Shown: piece after piece, positions 49,045 through 57,661 of the stretch
How positions within the stretch are numbered: the stretch's first letter is position 1
Layout of the letters: every line of letters begins with the position of its first letter
NCBI GenBank assembly: GCA_964607485.1
Contig: CAZSKP010000002.1
Coordinates: forward strand, 11,907 to 75,906
Reading direction: 5' to 3'
Length of the DNA stretch: 64,000 bases
Source of the DNA: an uncultured bacterium
Lineage (GTDB): Bacteria; Abyssobacteria; SURF-5
Translations under genes and position numbers: made by a program
Notes under the pieces: model-generated
Told to the model about the DNA's origin: nothing
Seen by the model: the letters and a program-made list of their open reading frames with translations, nothing else
The model's database searches: none

Positions 49045-50829
49045 ATGAAAGATGATCCCCTGCGGTTTTCGCTCAATGACGCAACGAGCAATCAGGCGTG
49101 CAGTCTGAACGAGCTGTTGGGTCAGCATCTGAGGGAATTGCTTGACCTGCTTGTTCCAATGGCAGGGGGCCGGGAACTAAGTGTTGACGGCTATAAGCTT
49201 CTGCATGAGCGGCAGAACCTTCATTCTCTTGATCAGGGTGACAGGGGAAGAAGCGAGTCACCCATCGACCCGCTGGAATTGTATGAACCACGAGTCGGCT
49301 ACATCCGCCGCATTTTGGAATCGCTTCTGAATATTGTGGAACTGGAATCGGACGGGAATCCCCTGAAGGTGGACAGCTTCCGCCTGAAACACCCGCAGCA
49401 ATGGCTCACTCCCGGAGGCGGTGCCGACGATATTCTCGCTCACGCAGCAACTCGCTGCAACCTGCAGTGCCGCTTTTGCTACAATGCCGGAGCGCCCGCC
49501 GTCCTCTCGCCGGCGCCGGGCGACCCGGAAGCGGAGTACCGCCGGCTGAAGGCTCGTATCGAGCATTACGCGCCTCGGGGAAAATTGAATTTGTTCCCCG
49601 ATATGGGAAGCCCGCGAGAAATGCTCGCGCATCCACAGATTGCGGATATTTTGAGAGAACTGCGCGCCAGAACTACCGAGGTGTTCCGCATCCCGACCAA
49701 TGGCGCCGCCTTAACGCCCTCGATGGTCGAAGCGCTCGCCGGAGTCCAGCCCGTGTATCTCGACGTGTCGCTGAACTCCTCCTCGCCCGAGCGTCGAAGA
49801 TGGCTGATGAACGACCATGCTCCCGAGGTCGCCATCGGCTCCCTCGCGCTCCTGCGCGCCGCAAGAATTCCATTCTCGGTGGTGATTGTGCCCTGGCCGT
49901 TCCCCTCGCACCGTGAGATGCTCAACGACCTCAAAGCCACCGCGATGTTCTCGGCAGCCTTCGACCCGACCCTCATCCAGCTCAGCCTGCCTGGTTGCAC
50001 ACGCGCGCTGGAGTGGGACTCTGCATTCGCGCTGGATGAAGTGTGGGATGAATTGAAGACGACCGCGCGCGAGCTGCGCAGGCAGCTTGACTGCCCGCTG
50101 GTTATTCGCCCGGGGCTCTACGAGGATTTCGACGACCCCGTAACGGTCAACGAACCGCTTGCGCATGGCGTGATGAAGAATTCTCCCGCAGCCAGAGCGG
50201 GTGTCCGCCCGGGCGACCGCATCATAAGGGTCAACGGTCTCGGCGTAAGCAAGCGACAACAGGCGCGGGCGCTTTTGACAACCGTCCACCAGAGCGACCT
50301 AAAAGAGGCTGTCATCTCGGTCGAGCGTGCCGGGACGGCTCTTGATTTGGCGGTCGGGCTGCGCGATTACGATTATCCCTACACGCCACAGACGGCGACA
50401 CACCTCGGCATTGTGTTCGCGTCGTCGGGTATTCCCCAAGAATGGATGGACAAGCTGAAGGACGTCATCGTCTCGCACGGCGCGAAGAACCCGCTGCTGC
50501 TGACCTCTCGGCTGGTGTATCCGACCATCGAGAGGCTCGTCGCGCGGAACGGGTTTGCCGATGTGAAGCTGCATATCCGGGTTCCTCGAAACGACTTTTT
50601 CGGGGGAAACATCTTCATGGGCGACCTGATGGTTGTCGAGGATTTCATTCGAGCGGTCGAGGAGTTCATAGAAACGGAGGGCATTCGGCCCGACCTGATC
50701 GTCATTCCCTCATCGCCGTTCCATCTGAGCAGGTGGGGAAGAGACCTGACGGGTCGGGTGTATCTGGATATCGAGCGCGCTCTGAAGATTCCGGTTGGCC
50801 TGGTCGAATGCGAGCCGATTTTCGATTGA
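49045..50829 (+). CDS. Radical SAM protein with PDZ and DUF512-like C-terminus
   Basis: CNLQCRFC (CxxxCxxC), PTNG, PDZ (NSPAARAGVRPGDRIIRVNG), NDFFGGNI..GDL..VED, GRDLTG. Confidence 0.85.
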   Translation: MKDDPLRFSLNDATSNQACSLNELLGQHLRELLDLLVPMAGGRELSVDGYKLLHERQNLHSLDQGDRGRSESPIDPLELYEPRVGYIRRILESLLNIVELESDGNPLKVDSFRLKHPQQWLTPGGGADDILAHAATRCNLQCRFCYNAGAPAVLSPAPGDPEAEYRRLKARIEHYAPRGKLNLFPDMGSPREMLAHPQIADILRELRARTTEVFRIPTNGAALTPSMVEALAGVQPVYLDVSLNSSSPERRRWLMNDHAPEVAIGSLALLRAARIPFSVVIVPWPFPSHREMLNDLKATAMFSAAFDPTLIQLSLPGCTRALEWDSAFALDEVWDELKTTARELRRQLDCPLVIRPGLYEDFDDPVTVNEPLAHGVMKNSPAARAGVRPGDRIIRVNGLGVSKRQQARALLTTVHQSDLKEAVISVERAGTALDLAVGLRDYDYPYTPQTATHLGIVFASSGIPQEWMDKLKDVIVSHGAKNPLLLTSRLVYPTIERLVARNGFADVKLHIRVPRNDFFGGNIFMGDLMVVEDFIRAVEEFIETEGIRPDLIVIPSSPFHLSRWGRDLTGRVYLDIERALKIPVGLVECEPIFD

Positions 50830-50841
50830 AGGAGAGGATGA

Positions 50842-51243
50842 ATGGAGAATAAGATCAGAGTTCTCATATCCAAGATTGGACTGGACGGGCACGACCGCGG
50901 GTCGAAAGTGGTCGCTTACGGACTGCGCGACGAGGGGTTCGAGGTAATCTATCTGGGCATCCGGCAGACGCCCGAAAAAATCGTAAGCACCGCGCTTCAG
51001 GAGGATGTCAAAGTCATCGGCCTGTCCATTCTTTCGGGCGCGCACATCCCGCTGACCCGGCGCGTCATGGACAAGCTCAAGGAAGAAGGCGTCGAGGACG
51101 TCACGGTGCTGGTCGGCGGAGTCATTCCCGAGGCCGACATTCCCGCGCTCAAGGAAATGGGTGTCGCCGAAGTCTTTACCTCGGGAACGGACATCGGCGA
51201 GATCGCCGGCGTCATCAGGCAGCGCGCGGGCTCGAACGCCTGA
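50842..51243 (+). CDS. Cobalamin-binding small subunit of the mutase
   Basis: GLDGHDRG (DxHxxG), GLSILSGAH, VGGVIP, GVAEVF. Confidence 0.95.
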   Translation: MENKIRVLISKIGLDGHDRGSKVVAYGLRDEGFEVIYLGIRQTPEKIVSTALQEDVKVIGLSILSGAHIPLTRRVMDKLKEEGVEDVTVLVGGVIPEADIPALKEMGVAEVFTSGTDIGEIAGVIRQRAGSNA

Positions 51244-51426
51244 AATGGGGGCGGCAAAATACCCCAACTGATTTATCTCTTCCCTACCTGGACAGATTTC
51301 TTCTTTTGATGACTTTTTGATGGAGATATGTTATAGAGTGGAGTATCGATTGAATCACGAAAAAGAGGCCGCTCTTCTTCACGGGTGCAAAGCATTGCCG
51401 GAGGGCGAGCTAAGGGAGGAAACGCG

Positions 51427-53022
51427 ATGAAACTGGAAGTGCTGAGTCCGATCGGAGAAGTAACGGCGGAAAAGCAGGCGTTGGCGAGCCGCGAAAAGAA
51501 TCTGGCGGGAAAGACTATCGTATTCTTTGGCAACGCCAAGCCCAACTTGAATATCCTGTTTGACAACCTGGAGAAAATGTTCGCCGCGAAATTCCCTGAG
51601 ACCAGGACTATCAGGAAAGGGAAGGAGAATGCGGCGTTCGCCGCCCCAGAAGAATATTTGAATGAGGCGGCCGATGAGGCAGACATGGTCATCTGCGGCG
51701 TCGGCGATTGAGGGTCATGCACGTCGTGGAGTATCCACGACTCTGTCGCGTTCGAGAAGAGGGGCGTTCCTACCATTACCTTGGTGACCGACCAGTTTCG
51801 TCCTCTGGCGGACGCGGAAAGCAAAGCTCTCGGAATGCCGCAGATTCCCCTGGCGGTCATGCCGCACCCGCTCGGCGGCCGAACGGAATCGGACGTTGCG
51901 ATTCTGGCGGAAAAAGCCTTCAACGATATTGTCGAGCATCTGAGCCGCAGTGGAGGGCAGATTTCAGGCGCCGTCGTTTCTGATTCGCCGCAGCAGTTCG
52001 TCATCGAAGGCGACTTCGACGCACTGCAGGACCTCTTCTACGAAAAGGGCTGGAGCGACGGCCTGCCGGTGATGCCGCCCACCGCCGAAAAAGTGAAAGC
52101 AATGCTTTCCGGCGCCGGTAGAGATCCCAAAGAAGTCCTGGGCTTGTTCCCTCCCGCGTATGCCGAGGCAACCGTTCAAAAAATAGCCGTGAACGCCGTC
52201 ATGGCCGGGTGCCTGCCGTCGTATTTCCCGGTCGTACTGGCCGGGGTGGAGGCGATGCTTGAGGAACAGTTCAATCTTTATGGGATTCAGGCGACGACGC
52301 ATCCGTGCGGCGCGCTTGTTATAGTAAATGGTCCGCTGGCACGTGAATTGAACATCAACTCGAAGGGCAACTGCCTCGGGCAGGGCCGGCGCGCCAACGC
52401 CGCCATCGGACGCGCCGTCAGACTGGCGATGCAAAATATTGGCGGCGGGATTCCGGGAGAGATGGACAAGGCGACGATGGGGCATCCGGGAAAGTACAGT
52501 TACTGCATGGCGGAAAACGAAGACGAGAGCCCGTGGGAGCCGCTGCACGTCGAGCGCGGATTCGACAGGTCCGTCAGCACCGTCACCGTGGCGGCGGCGG
52601 AAACGCCGCATAACATCAACGACCATGGCAGCACAACGGCGGAGGCCGTGCTGACCACCATTAGCGGAGCGGTCGGCAGCGCCGGCAACAATAACCTTTA
52701 TAAGGTTGGCGACCTGTTTGTCGTACTCGGACCGGAACATGCCGCCACCATCGCCGGCGGCGGGTATTCCAAAAAGGACGTGCAGGAATATATCTTTGAA
52801 CACGCGCGGGTTCCGATCGGCAAGATGTCGGAGGAGCAGTTGCGCCACATGCAGGCGGGAAGAGATGATTTTGTGGAACCTGACGGGACTTTGCGGATGG
52901 CCCAGATGGCCGGCGCCATCAACGTTGTCGTGGCCGGAGGACCCGGAAAACATTCGATGTGGATTCCCACGTTCGGGGTCACCTATTCAGTGACGCGGGC
53001 TATCCGTCCCAAGGAGGCATGA
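51427..53022 (+). CDS. Selenoprotein: UGSC-family domain fused to a DGLPVxPPT-type domain (Sec at 51709-51711), 531 aa
   Basis: AGGGAGGA RBS; the 51385 and 51781 ORFs are in the same frame, separated only by TGA in ...CGVGD-U-GSCTSWSIHD...EKRGVPT; SECIS-like hairpin 11 nt downstream. Confidence 0.88.
51723..51741 (+). promoter_or_regulatory. Bacterial SECIS-like hairpin
   Basis: GTCGTGGA-GTA-TCCACGAC, perfect 8-bp stem with G in the apical loop, starting 11 nt after the UGA. Confidence 0.75.
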
Positions 53023-53363
53023 AGGTGACCGAACCGAACGCAGAGGCGATGGCGCAGGTACGAAAGATGGCGGAAGAACACGCCCGCCAGGCCGGATACG
53101 TCCTGAATCCGATTGATTCCATAAGGGAGGCGACTCTGGCGGGATTGGCGCGCAATCTCGAACTATATGGACGCCCATTCTGTTCATGCCAGGTGATATC
53201 GGACGATACCCTCAGGGTCCGCGAGAAAGCCGACGAGGCGTCGTGTCCCTGCGCGGCTCATCGCGCCCAAATCGAGGAGAAAGGCTCCTGCCACTGCGGA
53301 TTATTCATGACGCAAGAGGCGGCGGAAAAAATGTTGAAGGCCCGAAGAGCATTCGGAGCATGA
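53019..53363 (+). CDS. Ferredoxin:thioredoxin reductase catalytic subunit-like protein
   Basis: GLARN..YG..FCSC, CPC, CHCGLF; ATGA overlap with the selenoprotein stop; AAGGAGG RBS. Confidence 0.85.
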   Translation: MKVTEPNAEAMAQVRKMAEEHARQAGYVLNPIDSIREATLAGLARNLELYGRPFCSCQVISDDTLRVREKADEASCPCAAHRAQIEEKGSCHCGLFMTQEAAEKMLKARRAFGA

Positions 53364-53406
53364 GGGTTGAAGCCCGTGGCTCCAAGGCTGCCGGGAGGAG
53401 AAGGAC

Positions 53407-54273
53407 ATGACAGGTGATAACCTGCTTGAGGGCGGGATTGACCTGCATACTCACAGCGGCCCAAGCCTGTATGACCGGGCACTTGACGATTTCGGTCTGG
53501 CGGCTGAGGCGAAAGTAGCCGGGATGCGCGCCGTGGTGCTCAAGGCTCACGAGTGCCCGACCGCCGGCCGGGCAGCCCTTGTCAATGCCAACATGGAAGG
53601 CGTTCTTGCCTGCGGGGGAATTGTTCTCAACCATTTCATCGGCGGGTTCAATCCGGTTGCAGTGGATGCGGCTCTGAAGATGGGCGGAAAAATCGTCTGG
53701 TTCCCGACGTTCCATGCGCAGAATCATCTTGCCCATTATGGCGCCGAGAGTATCACCCCCACCTCACATCAGATGGAGGCGCCGCCGACCGGCCTGAGCG
53801 TCTTAGACGAGAGCGGCCGGTTGAACCCGGAAGTTGAGCCGGTTCTGCAAACAATTGCCGAGCGCAAAGCTATCCTGGGGACGGGACATCTTTCAGCCCG
53901 TGAAATTCTCGTTCTCACTGATGCCGCTCTGGCCGCGGGGGTCGAGAAGATTCTCATAACCCATGCCGACATGTTTTTTGTCGGCCTGACTCTGGAAGAA
54001 CAAGTGAGCTTGGCGAGGAAAGGCGCGATTCTGGAGAAGTGCTACCTCGCCATGCTGCTCTCTCAGGACGGTGGCGCGAAAACCATGGCCGAGAGCATCA
54101 AAGCGATTGGAGCGAAGAGCTGCGTGCTGGTGACCGATCTCGGCCAGTCGGTTTTTCCGCATCCCGTGGCGGGAATGCTATCATTTATCGAAGCATTGAT
54201 GGCGGAAGGCATCAGCCGGCAGGAAATCAAAACGGTGCTGGCCGAAAATCCCGCTCGCCTGCTGGAGTTGTAG
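53407..54273 (+). CDS. Amidohydrolase/PHP-like metalloprotein (DUF6282-like)
   Basis: IDLHTHSGP, LKAH, VWFPT, GTGHLS, ITH, TDLGQ, NPARLL. Confidence 0.8.
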   Translation: MTGDNLLEGGIDLHTHSGPSLYDRALDDFGLAAEAKVAGMRAVVLKAHECPTAGRAALVNANMEGVLACGGIVLNHFIGGFNPVAVDAALKMGGKIVWFPTFHAQNHLAHYGAESITPTSHQMEAPPTGLSVLDESGRLNPEVEPVLQTIAERKAILGTGHLSAREILVLTDAALAAGVEKILITHADMFFVGLTLEEQVSLARKGAILEKCYLAMLLSQDGGAKTMAESIKAIGAKSCVLVTDLGQSVFPHPVAGMLSFIEALMAEGISRQEIKTVLAENPARLLEL

Positions 54274-54290
54274 GCCAAATCCCGAGGAGA

Positions 54291-54430
54291 TACTACTGGG
54301 AGCATAAAATATTCGTCATTCTGAGCGCAGCGAAGAATCTCAGAGACTGCGACGGACCCTGGCCAAAGAAGAGATCCTTCACTTCGTTCAGGATGACAGA
54401 AATGTGAAGTATTTCACGCTCTGAGTAATA
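54291..54430. mobile_element. MITE-like element, homolog of 26513-26668
   Basis: Imperfect terminal IR TACTACTGGGAGCATAAAATATTC vs reverse complement TATTACTCAGAGCGTGAAATACTT; core hairpin 54315-54397. Confidence 0.6.
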
Positions 54431-54545
54431 AGAGGCATGATTATTGACGATTTCCCGCGTGAGACTGTTGAAGTTGGCAAGGCGAAGCCACAATCTGCTG
54501 AATCAGCGAACTCAGATAAATGAAGAAACGCAAAGGGAGGCGACA

Positions 54546-55703
54546 ATGGATTTCCAATTGACCGAAGAACAGAGAATTTTCAAGAAGATGGTGCACGATT
54601 TTGCAGATGAACGCCTTGCCCCGCTGGTTGAGACCTGGGAGCGAGAAGGTTTTGTCCGGGATACAAAGCTGATATCGGAATATGCGGAGCGCGGCCTGCT
54701 TGGAATCACGCTTCCCGAACAATATGGAGGCGCGGGACTGACGGCATTCGACGCCATTCTGGCCGTGGAAGAGTTGGCCCGCGTGAGCTGCGTCGCCGCC
54801 GGACCGGTATTTGAAACCAGCTTTGGCCCGATTCGCGTCGTGGAGCAGTTCGGCACGGAAGAACAGAAGGAGCGGTTCATCCCTCCCTGCTGCACGGGAG
54901 AAAAATTCATGGCTGTAGGCATGACCGAGCCCGGCGCAGGCTCGGCCCTGACCGATCTCACGACGCGGGCGGTTCTCGAAGGCGACCACTTCGTGGTGAA
55001 CGGCCGGAAACGGTTCATTTCCGGCGGAGGCCATTCGGAGCTGTATATGGTTTACGTTCGCCTGAGCGAGAAGAAAGGGCACAAGGGAATCGGCGGGCTT
55101 GTGATTGAAAAAGGCTCGCCCGGCTTCAGTTTCGGAAAGCAGGAGGAATTCATGGGGCTCCGCGGGATACCGAGCTGCGATTTGATTTTTGAAGATTGCG
55201 TCGTGCCCAAGGAGAATCTCGTCATTCCCGAGGGTGGATTCGCCAACTTGATGCAGGCCTTTGACGTCGAGCGCTGCGGGAATGCGACCCAATCGCTCGG
55301 GATCGCCTGGGGCGCGCTCGAAGCGGCCAAAAAATATTCGCAGGAGAGAACGGCATTCGGCAAGCAAATATGCGAATTTCAGGCGGTTCAGTTCCTTCTG
55401 GCGGACATGGCAATGAAGGTCGAGGCGGCGAGATTGCTGATCTACCGCGCGGCGGTGAATGCCGGTATGGGCCTGCCGTCGATATTCGAATCGTCCGTCG
55501 CCAAGTGTTTCGCCAATGAAATGGCCAAGGAGGTCACCGATATGGCCCTTCAGGTCTTTGGCGGGTACGGCTACTCGAAGGAATACCCGATTGAGCGCAT
55601 GCTGCGCGACAGCCGCGGCTGGCCGGTCGCAGGCGGCACCGTGCAAATGCAGCGGATAAACATCGCTGGCGCCATGCTGGGGAGGCGATTCAGTCAGAGA
55701 TAG
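54546..55703 (+). CDS. Acyl-CoA dehydrogenase
   Basis: MDFQLTEEQ, MTEPGAGS, NGRKRFISG, ERTAFGK, QVFGGYGY; GGT motif preceded by Ala instead of Glu. Confidence 0.95.
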   Translation: MDFQLTEEQRIFKKMVHDFADERLAPLVETWEREGFVRDTKLISEYAERGLLGITLPEQYGGAGLTAFDAILAVEELARVSCVAAGPVFETSFGPIRVVEQFGTEEQKERFIPPCCTGEKFMAVGMTEPGAGSALTDLTTRAVLEGDHFVVNGRKRFISGGGHSELYMVYVRLSEKKGHKGIGGLVIEKGSPGFSFGKQEEFMGLRGIPSCDLIFEDCVVPKENLVIPEGGFANLMQAFDVERCGNATQSLGIAWGALEAAKKYSQERTAFGKQICEFQAVQFLLADMAMKVEAARLLIYRAAVNAGMGLPSIFESSVAKCFANEMAKEVTDMALQVFGGYGYSKEYPIERMLRDSRGWPVAGGTVQMQRINIAGAMLGRRFSQR

Positions 55704-55813
55704 AGCCCGCCTCACGGGATCTCAAACCAGTTTAAGAGTTGACCAAAGGAGAGCGACCGCGACAAAACCCGGCTTTAACGAGGGGGTGTGTGCCGAATCC
55801 GCAGGATGAGATT

Positions 55814-56623
55814 CTACTTCGGAGACATTTCAATCGATTTGCCCTGCCCCAGCGTGCCGTTCACGAGCGCTCGTGCCAAATGTGCGGCGGCCTTGGTGGG
55901 TTCGTCGGCCTCGATAAGACGACAATGACGCTCTCGTGACGGCGATTCCAAGCGCATGCACGTTATGAGCGGGTCCGGAATCGGGTCCATGGCCAGGTCA
56001 CTCAGCCGCAGATTTTCCATGGGTCTTTCCTTGGCTTTCTTTATGTCTCTCAGTTTCGGCGTCCGCAGTTCGCCCGCCTCATGGCTGACCGTTACCAGAG
56101 CGGGCATGGAACCTCGCAGCACCTCGTGACCGTCAGAGAGGACACGCTCCACAACGAGTCGATCGCCGTCAATTTCGATTCTTCGCGCCCACGATACGGC
56201 TGGGATATCCAACTGCTCGGCGATTGCCAGCCCCACACCGCCTGAGTTGGAATCAGCAGCCTGCCGACCAGCCAAAATGAGGTCGAAGCTCATGTTCGAG
56301 ATTGCGGAAGCGAGAATGGCGGCCGTCACGTGAGAGTCCGTCTCGGCTTTCCCCTCGATCATGCGGAGCGTATCAGCGCCTACGGCAAGCGCCTTCATGA
56401 GAATGGGTCGGGCGAGCTTCGGTCCAAGGCTCAATACTGAAACGTGGGTGTCCGCTCGCGCATCTTTTATTTTCAGAGCCAATTCGAGTGCGCTCTCGTC
56501 ATACGGACTTATTACGGGAGGCACACCCTCGGCGACGATTTTTCTGTTTTCAGAGTCGAGCTTGAAACATCTGGCCGGAGCCTCGGGATCGATCACCTGC
56601 TTCATGCACACGATGATTCTCAT
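55814..56623 (-). CDS. etfB: Electron transfer flavoprotein beta subunit
   Basis: IVCMKQV, PYDESALE, ALAVGAD, GRQAADS; start 56623 or 56635. Confidence 0.93.
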   Translation of the reverse strand: MRIIVCMKQVIDPEAPARCFKLDSENRKIVAEGVPPVISPYDESALELALKIKDARADTHVSVLSLGPKLARPILMKALAVGADTLRMIEGKAETDSHVTAAILASAISNMSFDLILAGRQAADSNSGGVGLAIAEQLDIPAVSWARRIEIDGDRLVVERVLSDGHEVLRGSMPALVTVSHEAGELRTPKLRDIKKAKERPMENLRLSDLAMDPIPDPLITCMRLESPSRERHCRLIEADEPTKAAAHLARALVNGTLGQGKSIEMSPK

Positions 56624-56638
56624 TCCCCCGCCCATCGC

Positions 56639-57625
56639 TCAGCTCCCTCCTGTTTTCAGTCTATTGACTGCGTCGATGAGCGGTGGCAGGATCGAGCGGT
56701 AGTCGCCGACAATACCATAATCAGCCATCCGAAAGATGTCTGCCTCGGCATTGTTGTTGATGGCGACTACGACCTTCGAACCGCCCATTCCGGATAGATG
56801 CTGGCTCGCTCCGGAGATACCTACGGCAATGTACACCTCGGGGCTGACGGATTTTCCTGTTATGCCAATTTGGCTGGAAGAAGGGACCCATCCTGAATCG
56901 CAAGCAGGTCGGCTTGCCCCCACAGCAGCGCCCAGCGCGCTCGCGAGCTTCCGAAGCATATCAAATCCCTCCGGACCGCCGATTCCGCGTCCTCCGCTGA
57001 TCACAACTTCGGCATCTTCCAGCTTGGTCTCGGAGGATTCTTCCACTACGTGATCCATGACCTCCCATTCCCGACCGGTCTCAAAGGGGATGTCAACCTT
57101 GATACTTGTTGCCGAGAGAGATTCATCGCGAGCCGGCATGCTCTCCACTCCGCGCCTGACTGTGACGACAGCAGGCCTGGTGTTGAATGAATACGTTGCG
57201 AGCGCGACTCCGCCCTGAACGGGTTTGGTCGCGACGAGGTCTTGCCGGTCGACACTTATCGCAATGCAATCGGTGACAAGCCCTCCTCGCACCCGTTCGG
57301 CGAGCCGCGGAGCAATATCCTGGCCCAGGGGAGTATGAGCAAAGATAATGGCGGCGGGGTCGTACCGATTACATGCTGTCTCGACGAATGCGACATGCCA
57401 TTCGGGACAATATCTCCGGCCTGCGGGCGGCGTCGCCGTGTAAATATGGCTTACTCCATACGCTCCCACTTCGTTCGCCATCTCATCGGTGGCGAGAGCG
57501 CTGAGTTCAGAACCCATGGCCTGCGCCACTCTCTTCCCGAGGCCTAACATCTCCACGGATGCGGCTATGATTTCCCCTGTGGGTCCGGGTTCACAAAATA
57601 CCAGCACAGAGCCTGTCTGACTCAT
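56639..57625 (-). CDS. etfA: Electron transfer flavoprotein alpha subunit
   Basis: SGGRG, GASRPA, QIGITG, GISGASQH, AIN, ADYGIVGD. Confidence 0.95.
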   Translation of the reverse strand: MSQTGSVLVFCEPGPTGEIIAASVEMLGLGKRVAQAMGSELSALATDEMANEVGAYGVSHIYTATPPAGRRYCPEWHVAFVETACNRYDPAAIIFAHTPLGQDIAPRLAERVRGGLVTDCIAISVDRQDLVATKPVQGGVALATYSFNTRPAVVTVRRGVESMPARDESLSATSIKVDIPFETGREWEVMDHVVEESSETKLEDAEVVISGGRGIGGPEGFDMLRKLASALGAAVGASRPACDSGWVPSSSQIGITGKSVSPEVYIAVGISGASQHLSGMGGSKVVVAINNNAEADIFRMADYGIVGDYRSILPPLIDAVNRLKTGGS

Positions 57626-57661
57626 TCTGCTCCCACCGCCTTTGCTCTCCTGCCGCGCTTT

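Noticed and set aside
51385-51711. Stand-alone 108-aa ORF and separate 51781-53022 ORF
   Set aside because: Better explained as one selenoprotein read through UGA
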